A stretch of 64,000 bases of DNA from Eledone cirrhosa (Eukaryota): positions 12,834,001 to 12,898,000 of the forward strand of contig OZ024759.1 of the NCBI GenBank assembly GCA_964016885.1, in the 5' to 3' direction. Under the pieces are notes generated by a model. The model did no database searches. It had not been told where the DNA came from and saw only the letters and a list, made by a program, of their open reading frames with translations. The translations under genes were made by a program, and so were the position numbers. This document shows, piece by piece, positions 1 through 11,856 of this stretch. Numbering within the stretch: the first letter of the stretch is position 1; every line of letters begins with the position of its first letter.

Positions 1-344
1 CTTTAATGTTATGAACTCATTTCCAACAGTTCATAACTTCAAAGCTAGATGGAGTTACTAGTTTATTGATGTGATGGTTGTCAATCAAAATAGTCATTTT
101 ACTGGAAAAAAAACACGACCACAGCAACTGTAGCTGTGTAAAATATACACAGCAGTCAACAGATTAAAACAAAGCTAATTACAAAGTAAATGTCAATACT
201 AGAACCAAGACATCATCCATAATTCCTAACTCAGACATATATTTGAGAGATTAATATTAACCTTGCAGATTCTATGTACCTTTCATTCTTTTTGAAGGAA
301 TGTTTTATAGTAGATACCATTTCCAGGTACTAATGCTTATCAAT

Positions 345-1125
345 ACCTGTTACAATATACAGGGATACAGTGTACCTATTGTAAACCAGGTATACACAGG
401 GATACAGTGTACCTATTGTCAACCTGGTATACACAGGGATACAGTGTACCTATTGTAAACCAGATATACACAGGGATACAGTGTACCTATTGTAAACCAG
501 ATATACACAGGGATACAGTGTACCTATTGTAAAACTGATATACACAGGGATACAGTGTACCTATTGTAAACCAGATATACACAGGGATACAGTGTACCTA
601 TTGTAAACCTGATATACACAGGGATAGTGTACCTATTGTAAACCTGATATACACAGGGATACAGTGTACCTATTGTAAACCTGATATACACAGGGATACA
701 GTGTACCTATTGTAAACTAGATATACACAGGGATACAGTGTACCTATTGTAAACCTGATATACACAGGGATACAGTGTACCTATTGTAAACCAGGTATAC
801 ACAGGGATACAGTGTACCTATTGTAAACCAGATATACACAGGAATACAGTGTACTTATTGTAAACCTGATATACACAGGGATATAGTGTACCTATTGTAA
901 ACCTGATATACACAGGGATAGTGTACCTATTGTAAACCTGATATAAACAGGGTTACAGTGTACGTATTGTAAACCAGGTATATACTGGGATACAGTGTAC
1001 CTATTGTAAACTAGATATACACAGGGATACAGTGTACCTATTGTAAACCAGATATACACAGGGATACAGAGTACCTATTGTAAACCAGGTACACACAGGG
1101 ATACAGTGTACCTATTGTAATCCTG
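345..1125. repeat. 37-bp minisatellite (ACACAGGGATACAGTGTACCTATTGTAAACCAGATAT), about 21 copies
   Basis: Tandem unit directly visible. Confidence 0.95.
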
Positions 1126-1139
1126 TCACATGTCTGGTG

Positions 1140-1615
1140 CTCACATACACCCACACAATACATACACAGACACCCTCACAGGCAGACATAAACACACACT
1201 GAGACAGAAACACACAGACACACTGAGACAGAAACACACAGAGACAGGCAGATACACACACAGACAGACAGATACACACACACACACACAGACAGACAGA
1301 CAGATACACAGACACCCAATTCATCTGACATTTTAAAGATTATTTTCTTGTAAAAACTGTGTTAAGTGATTGATGGAGAAATGAAGCAGAGTGAGCCAAC
1401 TTTACCTGGAGGAGTTCCAATCACAACTTTACCACCACCACCACCACACTACCACCACCACCACTACACTACTACACCACCACCACCACCACACTACTAC
1501 ACCACCACCATCACCACCACACTACCACCACCACCATCACCACCACTACTATACTACCACCACCACAACCATCATTATTATCATTATTACTATTGTTATT
1601 ATTATTATTATTATT
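1140..1615. repeat. (CA/CAGA)n, (CAC)n and (TAT)n microsatellite patches
   Basis: Low-complexity tracts; the overlapping ORFs are artefacts. Confidence 0.9.
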
Positions 1616-1825
1616 GGATTAGCAGAATCGGTAGAGCATCGGACTCCATGCTTCGTGGCATAGAGTTACAACCCTTTACAATCTGAGTTCAAATCCTGCC
1701 AAGCTTAGCTTTACCCTTCATCCTTACAGGGTTGATAAAATAAAGTACCAGTAATACACTGGGGTTGGTTTAATCGACCCCCCCCCCCCAATTGCTGGCC
1801 TTGTGCCTAAATCAAAAACCATTTC
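1614..1825 (+). mobile_element. tRNA-derived SINE family B (Nin-like central domain)
   Basis: A-box-like AGCAGAATCGGTAGAGC, B-box GAGTTCAAATCC, central CCTTCATCCTTACAGGGTTGATAAAATAAAGTACCAG, 3' GCTGGCCTTGTGCCTAAA; many copies in the window. Confidence 0.8.
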
Positions 1826-1830
1826 AGCAT

Positions 1831-2780
1831 TTTGTTGAAAGATGGGTGAGAGAGGCAAGAATGGCCCGAGTGAATTACTCTGTAAATTAAAGGTGGAAAA
1901 CTGGGAGAGGGCACTTGACCTGGTGGTCAGGGTCACCGTGGCTTTTTTAATAGGCTTTCTCCAACGATGGCCCTCGTCGTCTCCCCCCTATTAGGGAATT
2001 TTTCATTGTTTCTTTTTTGTTACATCCTCTGTTTTTTTTGTTTTTTTCACGCAGAAATGCCCATTTGTACTGTCCTGTACTGTCCTGTACTGTCCTGTAT
2101 TGTCCTGTACTGTCCTGTACCGTCCTGTATTGTCCTGTATTGTCCTGTACTGTCCTGTACTGCCCTGTACTGTCCTGTACTGCCCTGTATTGCCCTGTAT
2201 TGCCCTGTACTGTCCTGTACTGTCCTGTATTGCCCTGTACTGTCCTGTATTGCCCTGTACTGTCCTGTACTGTCCTGTATTGCCCTGTACTGTCCTGTAC
2301 TGTCCTGTACCGTCCTGTATTGTCCTGTATTGTCCTGTACTGCCCTGTACTGTCCTGTACTGCCCTGTACTGTCCTGTACTGCCCTGTATTGCCCTGTAC
2401 TGTCCTGTACTGTCCTGTATTGCCCTGTACTGTCCAGTATTGTCCTGTACTGTCCTGTATTGCCCTGTACTGTCCTGTATTGTCCTGTACTGTCCTGTAT
2501 TGCCCTGTACTGTCCTGTATTGCCCTGTACTGTCCTGTATTGTCCTGTACTGTCCTGTACTGTCCTGTATTGTCCTGTACTGTCCTGTATTGTCCTGTAC
2601 TGTCCTGTACTGTCCTGTATTGTCCTGTACTGTCCTGTATTGTCCTGTATTGTCCTGTACTGTCCTGTATTGTCCTGTACTGTCCTGTACTGTCCTGTAT
2701 TGTCCTGTACTGTCCTGTATTGTCCTGTACTGTCCTTAATGTCTCACTTTGTGTAAACTCTTATGGTTTATAAAGAAAGC
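1831..2780 (+). mobile_element. L1/Tx1-like LINE 3' end whose 3'UTR hosts a 10-bp satellite
   Basis: Reads FVERWVREARMARVN, similar to the ORF2 C-terminus of the 31756 copy; 3'UTR homologous to 3247-3540. Confidence 0.65.
2066..2735. repeat. 10-bp satellite (TGTCCTGTAY), about 67 copies
   Basis: Tandem unit visible; explains the Cys/Val-rich ORFs. Confidence 0.95.
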
Positions 2781-2782
2781 AT

Positions 2783-3246
2783 AAATCCCGCCGAGGTTAA
2801 CTTTGCCTTTCATCCTTACGGGGTCGATAAAATAAAGTACCAGTAATACACTCGGTATTTGCTGGCCTTGTGCCAAAAGTAGAAACAATTATTATTATTA
2901 TTATGATTATGCCGAGAGTGATGTACTGGCAGTAATCGGTAGAGCGTCAGACAGGCTTTGTAGTATATAGTTACCTCCCTTTATGTTCTTAGTTCAAATC
3001 CCACCGAGGTTGGCTTTGTGTCTAAATCAGGCTAGAGGGTCGGCTGCCATGCTTTGCAGCATAGAGTTATGTCTCTTTACGGTCTGCGTTCAAATCCCAC
3101 CGAGGTTAACTTTGTCTTTCATCCTTAAAGGGGTCAATAAAATAAAGTACCAGTAATACACTGGCGTCGATTTAATAGACTTTCCCCCTCCTCCAAAAAT
3201 TGCTGGCCTTGTGCCTAACTCAGAAACCATTAATATTATTATTATT
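2783..3246 (+). mobile_element. Cluster of SINE family B copies with (ATT)n tails
   Basis: Repeated GTTCAAATCCC-AGGTTAACTTTG-CATCCTT-GATAAAATAAAGTACCAG motifs. Confidence 0.8.
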
Positions 3247-3540
3247 GGCCTGAGTGAATGGGCTGCCTTGACCATACACCTGTAGATTGGAGTAGAAAAA
3301 CTGGGAGAGGGTACTTTGCCCTAGCGGACAGGGTAACCGTGGCTTTTGAGGGATTTCTACACAAGTGACCCTTCCAGTCTCCTCACCTTTGGGGAAGTTA
3401 TGTTTGTTTTAAATGTTTATTTTCTTAGTCTCTTTTATAAATTCTATTTTACACAAACAACAACCCACACTGTATCATCCTGTACTGTCTTTAATGTTTC
3501 CTTAATGTCAACCCTGTGGCTAATAAAGAAATCATTATTA
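3247..3540 (+). mobile_element. L1/Tx1-like LINE 3'UTR fragment
   Basis: Homologous to 1863-2780; ends AATAAAGAAATCATTATT. Confidence 0.6.
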
Positions 3541-3843
3541 ACTTTATTATTATCACTATCACTCCCAAAAATTGCAGTGGTTTGGCAGTATCGGTGGAGA
3601 GTCGGACGCCATGCTTTGGAAAGCAATTTTTGGGAGTGATAGTGATAATAATAAAGTTAATGATTTCTTTATTAGCCACAGGGTTGACATTAAGGAAACA
3701 TTAAAGACAGTACAGGATGATACAGTGCGGGTTGTTGTTTGTGTAAAATAGAATTTATAAAAGAGACTAAGAAAATAAACATATAAAACAAACATAACTT
3801 CCCCAAAGGTGAGGAGACTGGAAGGGTCACTTGTGTAGAAATC
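3352..3843. repeat. Near-perfect inverted repeat, about 222-bp arms (3352-3575 / 3622-3843), with a SINE head in the spacer
   Basis: Arm 2 is the reverse complement of arm 1; mirror ORFs on both strands. Confidence 0.92.
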
Positions 3844-4272
3844 GTTTCATAGAGTTTCGTCCCTTTACGGTCTGAATTCAAATCCCGCCGAGGTTAACTT
3901 TGCCTTTCATCCTTACGGGGTCGATAAAATAAAGTACCAGTAATGCGCTGGGATGATTGCTGGCCTTGTGCCTAAAGTAGAGACAATTATATATCACTAT
4001 CATCTCGAGGGTGATGTACAGGCAGAATCAGAAGAGCGTTGAACAAAACACTATTGCAGAATTTGTTCTGGTTCTTTCAGCAGCTATATACTGGGGGATG
4101 ACTTTCCCCTCCTCCCAAAACACTTCTGCCCTTGTGTCTGAATTAGAAACCTTAAAATAGGACAATAGACTGGAAGAATCGATGGAGGGTTGGAAAAAAT
4201 GCTTTGTGGCATTTAGTTACATCCCTTTACATTCTCGGTTCTAATCTTGCTTAGGTCAACTTTGCCTTTCAT
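3574..4272 (+). mobile_element. SINE family B copies; the first is interrupted by the inverted duplication
   Basis: Head at 3574-3620, body resumes at about 3848; degenerate copies to 4272. Confidence 0.7.
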
Positions 4273-4274
4273 CT

Positions 4275-4760
4275 TGTGTGTGTGTGTGTGTGGGTGCATG
4301 TATATGTCTGTCTGTGTGCGTATATGTGTATGTGTGCATGTGTGTGTATATGTATGTGTCTGTCTGTGTATGAGTGCATGTGTGCATACATGTGTATGTG
4401 TGCATATATATGTGTATATGTGTATGTGTGTGTATATGTGTATGTGTGCATGTATATGTGTATGTGTGCATGTATATGTGTATGTGTGCATGTATATGTG
4501 TATATGTGCATGTATATGTGTATGTGTGCATGTATATGTGTATATGTGTATGTGTGTGTATATGTGTATGTGTGTGTATATGTGTATGTGTGCCTGTGTG
4601 TGTATATGTGTATGTGTGCATGTATATGTGTATATGTGCATGTATGTGTTTCTGTGTATTTGTATCTGTGCATGTATGTATTTATGTGTCTGTCTGTGTA
4701 TGAGTGCACGTGTGTGTATATGTGTATGTGTGCATGTATGTGTTTATGTGTGTGTGATAT
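4275..4760. repeat. (TG/TA)n compound microsatellite
   Basis: Direct. Confidence 0.95.
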
Positions 4761-4948
4761 ATTATTTATCTCATGCAGATGTTTAATATGCCATAGAGAG
4801 GCAAGAGAAAAATATGGCCACCATTGAGGAGGAGGGAGAAGGTTTGTTGGGCTGATAGCCAGAACATACCTTTAATAAAATTACAGGTAATAATAATACA
4901 GGAAGTTATGTCTAGCATGTGGGTGGTTGTTTGGGTAGGTAGGCATAT

Positions 4949-5273
4949 ATCATCATCATCATTTTACATCCGCTTCTCCCTGCTTGCAAGGGTGGGACAG
5001 GAACTGACTCTGGCTTGATTTCTACAGCTGGATGCCCTTCCTAACACCAACCTCATTTACAGTGAGTGCTGGGTGCTTTTTTGCCGTGGCACCTACACGA
5101 CCACTTTGCAGTGGAATGATAGGGACCCCAGTCCCTATCATCTCATTTCTACAGCTGAGTAAACTGGAGTAATGTGAAATAAAGTGTCTTGCTCAAGGAA
5201 ACAACACATCACTCGGTCTCACAACCTTTCGATTGCAAGCCAAATGCTCTAACCACTAAGCCACGTGCCTCCA
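4949..5273 (-). mobile_element. tRNA/CORE-like SINE family A with RTE-shared 3' tail and (GAT)n end
   Basis: Reverse strand reads GGAGGCACGTGGCTTAGTGGTTAGAGC...TTCCTTGAGCAAGACACTT...AGGAAGGGCATCCAGCTGTAGAAA...GATGATGAT. Confidence 0.85.
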
Positions 5274-5571
5274 TATATAATTAAAATTATAAGTTTGAAG
5301 AACAGTTAGATGAAATTTACCCAGCTTTTCTTAGTCCGTAGAAATTAACCAGATAAATAGTCATTTAATAGGAGCTAAGTTTAAAATGCAACTTTGAAGA
5401 AATAACAGATAATGTTATCGATATTCCTCTATGAGGAACAGTCAGATAAAATTTACCTAATTTTTCCTCTTAGTCTGTTGAAATTAACTAGACAAATAAG
5501 CAATTAAACGGAGCTAAGTTTAAAATGTAAGTTTGAAGAATTAATAGATAAGCGTTACCAAAAATTCTCCC

Positions 5572-5659
5572 AGTCCCGACTGTCGATAGTTTCGCTTGTA
5601 TTTAGTGGAAATGTCTAATTGTTGCATTATCCATGAAGTTCCGAGCTTATCAAGAGACT
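5572..5659 (-). ncRNA. Type-I hammerhead ribozyme, U3-A8 core variant with long stem II
   Basis: Minus strand: AGUCUC-UUGAUAA-GCU...AGC-GAAA-CUAUCGACAG-UC^GGGACU; stem I AGUCUC/GGGACU; near-palindromic stem III; folded by eye. Confidence 0.7.
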
Positions 5660-5971
5660 CCCTCAGCTAGGACCAAAATTTTCAAATTGATCGCCATTAG
5701 TAACGAATTCAAAAGGGGTGAAAATCATCTCGTGGTTAGCGGTCAAGACAGAATTGTTGTGAAGGGTAGGCCGGTAGCAAGTAAGTTTACTGTTAAAGGA
5801 AGCAGTTACTGCTGAAGGTTTACTCAACCGTAAGGGAGTATAGAACAAAGTCATAGAGAAAATGTATATATTTAAACATAGTCACAGATACATATATGAG
5901 AGTAGGCCACCTTCAACAGTGTGGCTCAATGAATGAATGAAGTAAATAAATAATTATATGTATATATATAT

Positions 5972-6251
5972 GTGTAGGAGGTGAGTAATATTGTAGAATA
6001 ATAAAACAATGCATATATCAGATAAGGAGCACTCGACAGTTGGTAGAACTGGAGTATATATAAAGAAGAAATTAAAAGATGGTTAAAAAAATATGTTTAC
6101 TGGACACTTTCTTGTTCACAAGTGTTTATAGGCCTCATATCATGTTACCTTATTTTATCTGATGAGAACACAAATTTTGTCCCAGGATGATGCATTTGAA
6201 ATGCGCATAATAAAATATATGGAACTTTTTTTAACCATCTTTTAATTTCTT

Positions 6252-6262
<11 letters not shown>
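5972..6262. mobile_element. Penelope-like non-autonomous fold-back element at (TA)n
   Basis: Inverted segments 6055-6091 / 6226-6260; same family as 52128-52305, 56822-57240 and 59327-59480. Confidence 0.65.
6151..6217 (+). ncRNA. Type-I hammerhead ribozyme
   Basis: UAUUUUAU-CUGAUGA-stem II (degenerate)-GAAA-UGCGCA-UA^AUAAAAUA; 8-bp stem I; palindromic stem III AUGCGCAU. Confidence 0.75.
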
Positions 6263-6288
<26 letters not shown>

Positions 6289-6654
6289 AAGGGCATCCAG
6301 CCATAGAAAACCTGCCAGATACAGTTCTATGCGAGCAAGAGACGGTCACCCGATCAATGTTATCTCAAGTGAGACAATTCCCGTCAAACGCATGCCAGCG
6401 TGGAAGATAGACGTTAAATGATGATGATAATATATATATATAACACAGTAAAGAGAGAAGAACACACATATATATATATATATGGGTTCTGTCTGGATGT
6501 TGATATTTACCATAGTCGGTTCATATACCTTAATTTATCCTTTTAATTGAGTTCTGTGAACCATACTATCTTTAATATATTCTTCATCTTGGCACTTTTA
6601 TATCCCTTATGATTTGAACACACACAGACACACATATATATATATACATATTAC

Positions 6655-6872
6655 ATATGGTGAAGAAGTGCCAGGAAGTTCAAGTGGGGTAAAAACGCAG
6701 TAGAGGTAGACCACAAAAAACATGGGCGGAGGTGGTGAGAGCAGACCTCAGATCGCTGAAACTCACTGAGGAGATGACGAAGGACCGTGACGGGTGGAGA
6801 GATGCTGTGCTGAATAGGACCCGTCCAACTCTTGCAAGCAGGAAAAAGCGGATGTAAAATGATGATGATGAT
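6655..6872 (+). mobile_element. RTE-clade LINE 3' fragment
   Basis: RGRPQKTWAEVVRADL-type C-terminus, (GAT)n tail. Confidence 0.7.
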
Positions 6873-7022
6873 TATATATATATATGTCTGTGTGTGTGTT
6901 CTTCTCTCTTTTCTGTGTTATAAAAGGCTCGGAAATTTTTTTCCTTGATCTAATTTGATTATAAGGACTATTGTGAGCTTTTAACTCAACATTTAATTTT
7001 CATATGTATATATATATTATAG

Positions 7023-7489
7023 TAGGGTTCCCATAGAGGTGGTGGAAGAGGATAGCAGGTGAGGCAGAATGATTGAAAGACAATCAAAGATTTAGAAACA
7101 GATTCAAAAAATTCATATGTTAAAAATAAATATTTCAAAATTTAAAATATTATTATGGATTATCCATTCTTTTACATTTCTCCATGACATGTTGCTGTCA
7201 ACAAGGATTTTCACTTCTGACAAATATCAAAAAAGGGAAAGGCTTCTTTGTGTTGATGAGATGAGAGTTTATCTCAAATTAGGCCTAATATAAAGGAGAT
7301 TACTCATCAAAAGCAAGCTCGTACCTTTCATTAATTTGTGTACTTTAATCATATTATAAGTTATTTATGTTATATATTATATTTAACGCACTATTAGTTG
7401 TTGCTTTTTATCACATAAAATTTGGAGAGGTGCGAACAAATTTTAATTCCGAAAATGTGGCCCAGGGAAAAATAGTTTGGGAATGACTG
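7023..7489 (+). mobile_element. hAT (Buster/Charlie-type) internally deleted DNA transposon
   Basis: 8-bp TSD TATTATAG at 7015-7022 and 7490-7497; ends TAGGGTTCCCA / GTTTGGGAATGACTG; degenerate C-terminal dimerisation motif (C-QQGFSLLTNIK...LLCVDEMRV) at about 7170-7290. Confidence 0.75.
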
Positions 7490-7730
7490 TATTATAGAGT
7501 TGACAGATTCTGTTGAAAAGATATAGGGAAAAGAGAACTCTATCCAAAGTGCAGAGCTAAAATAATAAAGTTAATATGTTGAGGATATTAACACTGTATC
7601 ATTACCCTAACAGAAGTCTGAGGAACTTTTGATTTCAGAGTCAGGCCCGCTCGACACAGACCGAATCATGAGCTGATCAATAGCGAAACACCACAATAAA
7701 TGAAATGAAAATTTGACACCTCATCCATAT

Positions 7731-8056
7731 TATCATCATCATTTCATTTTACGTCCACTTTTCCCTGCTTGCAAGGGTGGGACGGGAACTGATTTTGGCT
7801 TGATTTCTACAGCTGGATGCCCTTCCTAACACCAACCTCATTTACAGTGAGTGGTGGGTGCATTTTTGCCGTGGCACCTCCATGACCACTTTGCATTGGA
7901 ATGATAGGGACCCCAGTCCCTATCATCTCATTTCTACAGCTGAGTAAACTGGAACAACGTGAAATAACGTGTCTTGCTCAAGAAATCAACACATCACCTG
8001 GTCTGAGAATTGAACTCACAACCTTTCGATTGCAAGGCCAATGCTCTAACCACTAA
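7731..8056 (-). mobile_element. SINE family A
   Basis: Same sequence as 4949-5273. Confidence 0.85.
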
Positions 8057-8078
8057 CCATTATATATATATATATATT

Positions 8079-8408
8079 TGAAATATAAGCTATCACTGTA
8101 TTTTTGACTAAAGAAAATTTTAGCCTGATAGTGGGGTTTAGAACCCTCAGAGAAAATGGAAAAAGATGAGTATTGATGTACATGGGAGTCGAACTCACAT
8201 CTTTGGTTATCCAGACCACTGTGCTACCATTACACCAACACATCACCCATCTCCTTCCATTCAAATTAGAAGCTACATTCTTAGCAAGTAAATGTCAAGT
8301 AAGTATGTACGTCAATACTCATCTTTTTCCATTTTCTCTGAGGGTTCTAAACCCCACTATCAGGCTAAAAATTTCTTTAGTCAAAAATACAGTGATAGCT
8401 TATATTTC
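8079..8408. repeat. About 105-bp inverted repeat around a tRNA-like head (minus strand 8174-8246)
   Basis: Arms 8079-8183 / 8305-8408; reverse strand of the interior has TGGTGTAATGGTAGCAC and GTTCGACTCC boxes. Confidence 0.75.
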
Positions 8409-8491
8409 TAATTTCAAACTCGCTCACTGTTTCAAAACATACTTACTTGATATATATATACACATATATATACACATACACACACACATTC

Positions 8492-10745
8492 TCATCATCA
8501 TCATTTTACGTCCACTTTTCCCTTCGTCATCTCCTCTGTGAGCTTCAGCGATCTGAGGTCTGCTCTCACCACCTCCGCCCATGTTTTTCGTGGTCTTCCT
8601 CTACTGCATCTTCCTTCTACTGGGATTTCTTGGCATTTCTTCACCCAGCGGTCATCCTCCATGCATATCACATGTCCATACCATCTCTACTTCTCTCTCG
8701 CACACCACAACTTATCCCTCTTATACCCAGTTTCTCTCTCAACTTCTCTATGCTTGGTCGTTCACGCACATTGACACACACACACATATATATATATATC
8801 ATCATCATCATCATCACCATTTTACGTCCGTTCTTCCACGCTAGCATGGGTTAGACGGGTTGTCCTGTTGTGAGCAGTGTCTGGTCGGCTGACCATGCCT
8901 TGCTCATACAGGAACTGATCTGGCTTGATTTCTACAGCTGGATGCCCTTCCTAACACCAACCTCATTTACAGTGAGTGCTGGGTGCTTTTTCGTGGTGCC
9001 TACACGTCCACTTTACAGTGTGGGCTGGGTGCTTTTTTGCCGTGGCACCTCCACGACCACCTTGCAGTGGGAGGGTGTGGGGGCATATTGTCTATATGCT
9101 TCAGCTTGTACCCATGGGAGGTCGGGTACTCTGTATTACTGCGTGACGCCAGAGGTCACAGTCATGTGTCATTGCCTTTGAGAGGTGTAATTGGGTAAGG
9201 TCGGCTTTTATTTATCACCTCATCCCAGGTCATCTTGGGTCTCCCCACTCCGCGGTTTCCATCGGCTTATATATATATATATATTTAGGGATTGTAATGT
9301 CCAGTTACAGTCGGTTCACCATAACAGAAGTCCAACAAGCTTTTGATTCCAGATCAATACAGATCGAACCTTGAGCTGATCAAGCGTGAAACCCACGTCA
9401 CACCTCAAGAAACGTAATGAAGACCTAACACTTCGTCTTTTTTTTATTATTAGTGTGTGTGTTTGTATATATCATCATCATCATTTTACATCTGTTCTTC
9501 CACGCTAGCATGGGTTAGACGGGTTGTCCTGTTGTGGGCAGTGTCTGGTCGGCTGACCATGCCTTGCTCATACAGGAACTGATTCTGGCTTGATTTCTAC
9601 AGCTGGATGCCCTTCCCAACACCAACCTCATTTACAGTGAGTGCTAGGTGCTTTTTTCCGTGGCACCTACATGACCACTTTACAGTGGGAGGGAGTGGGG
9701 GCATATTGTCTATTTGCTTCAGCTTCGGCTTATTCCTGTGAAGGGGTCAGGTCTTCTGTGTTGCTGTGTGACGCCAGAAGTCATGGTTGTGCGTCATTGC
9801 TCTTGAGAGGTGCAATTGGGTAAGGTCGGCTTTTATCACCTCATCCCAGGTCTTCTTAGGTCTCCCCACTCCGCGGTTTCCATTGACTCTAGTGCTCTGC
9901 ACCTTTTTATGCAGCTGTCACCCTATGCATCACATGTCCATACCAACATAACCTCCTCTCCTGCACGCAGCATTTGATTCCTCTTATGCTCAGTCTCTCT
10001 CTCAATTCGTTTATACTTTGCTGTTCGCGTATATTACTATTACACATCCATCAGAGCATGCAAGCTTTGTTTCTTTCTAATCTGCGCAAGTCTTCTACAG
10101 ACAGCACCCAGGTCTCACTACCATGTAACATTGCTGTTCATATGCACACATCATACAGTCTGCCTTTCATTTTGAGGGAAAAGCCTTTTGCATCTAGCAG
10201 TGGCAGTAGCTCCCTGAACTTCTTCCATCCCGTTCTTACCCTAGTTATTGTACTTTCTGAACACCCACCTCCGCTGCTACTCCTGTCACCTAGGTAGCAG
10301 AAGCTGTCTACTGTTTCTACAGAGCCCTCCTAGAGTTTGGTGGTACAAGAAGACCTGGGATGGGGTGATAAAGGCCGACCTTACCCAATTGCACCTCTCA
10401 AGGGCAATGACACGAAAACCGTGACCTCTGGCGTCACATAGTAATACCGAAGACCCGACCCCCCACAGCAACAAGCCGAAGCTGAAGCATATAGGCAATA
10501 TACGGACGTTAAACGGTGGTGATGATGATGATGATGATGATGATGAATGTCACAACAAAAAGCACCCAGTACTCACTGTAAATGAAGCAGGTATTAGGAA
10601 GGTCATCCAGATGTAGAAACCAAGCAAAAGTCAGTTCTGTGTGAACAAGACATGATCACCTGACCTGGCCTGTCTCACAATAGGACAACTCGTCTAACCC
10701 ATGCTAGTGTGGAAAATGGATGTTAAACGGTGATGATGATGATAA
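8492..10745 (-). mobile_element. Cluster of RTE-clade LINE 3' fragments (8492-8772, 8797-9268 and 9472-10330 on minus; 10345-10745 on plus)
   Basis: Reverse-strand homology to the RTE ORF at 44977 (KGRLYD..MLHGSETW..MLWYGHV); shared 3'UTR and (GAT)n tails. Confidence 0.8.
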
Positions 10746-10834
10746 TGGCTGACTGAATATGCACGCATTTTTTTTTCTGTTCCTTCCTCTTCTCATTTTC
10801 TATTTTTCTATTTCATCCTTTACTTCTCCTTCTA

Positions 10835-10870
10835 TCTTCTGATGAAGGACTAGTGTCCAAAACAATAAGA
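10835..10870 (+). ncRNA. Degenerate minimal hammerhead in a Penelope-like 3' fragment
   Basis: UCUU-CUGAUGA-AGGAC-UAGU-GUCC-AAAAC (GAAA mutated)...AAGA. Confidence 0.4.
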
Positions 10871-11274
10871 CTCGTTTCCTATAATATCAAGCTTTAAACT
10901 AATATATTTCTTCATTGTACTGTGTTGTTTGCTTTGTTGTTTCTGTTTACTTTTTGCATGTGTGTGTGTGTGTGTGTGTGTACATGTGTGTACATGTGTG
11001 TATGTGAGTAAAGTCTTAGATTATTCAGAGCTGAATTTGAAGTTGGAGTGTGGAAAGTCTGCACAAATACTCCAAAATATTCCAGAGCATGACGTTAATG
11101 ACCCTGCCAACAACTGAAGCCAGAGTAACCCTTAAAAACAAGAAATGAAGCCAGTAACAAAAAAAAAAGAGAGAGAGAAAGCCCTTAGATACAAAATATT
11201 GGCCTATAACTGAAGCCAGAGAATCCCTATATAAAAAGAGAGAAGACCTTAGTAAAAAGAGAGAAACCCTGATA

Positions 11275-11856
11275 GAAAGAGAAAGAAATCCCTTAAAAAG
11301 AAGCTACTGGCATACAACTGAAACCAGAGAGAGCCCTTATAAAGGGAGAGAGAAACCCCTTAAAAAGAAGATACTGACGTACAACTGAAACCAGAGAGAG
11401 CTCTTATAAGGGGAGAGAGAAATCCCTTAAAAAGAAGATAATGACCTACAACTGAAACCAGAGAGAGCCCTTATAAAGAGAGAGAGAAATCCCTTAAAAA
11501 GAAGATAATGACCTACAACTGAAACCAGAGAGAGCCCTTATAAAAGGAGAGCAACCCCTTAAAAAGAAGATACTGACCTACAACTGAAACCAGAGACAGC
11601 CCTTATAAAAGGAGAGCAACCCCTTAAAAAGAAGATACTGACCTACAACTGAATCCAGAGAGAGAGAGCCCTTAAAATATAAAGAAATAAACCCCTTAAA
11701 AAGAAGATACTGACCTACAACTGAAACCAGAGAGAGAGAGCCCTTAAAATATAAAGAAATAAACCCCTTAAAAAGAAGATACTGACCTACAACTGAAACC
11801 AGAGAGAACCCTTAAAATATAAAGAGAGAGCAACCCCTTAAAAAGAAGATACTGAC
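11275..11856 (-). repeat. About 65-72-bp minisatellite reiterating the RNF41 donor site
   Basis: Plus-strand unit CCCTTAAAAAGAAGATACTGACCTACAACTGAAACCAGAGAG; minus strand reads TTTCAGTTGTAG|GTCAGTAT. Confidence 0.9.

Noticed and set aside
1967-2773. Cys-rich metallothionein- or keratin-like ORFs
   Set aside because: 10-bp satellite artefact.
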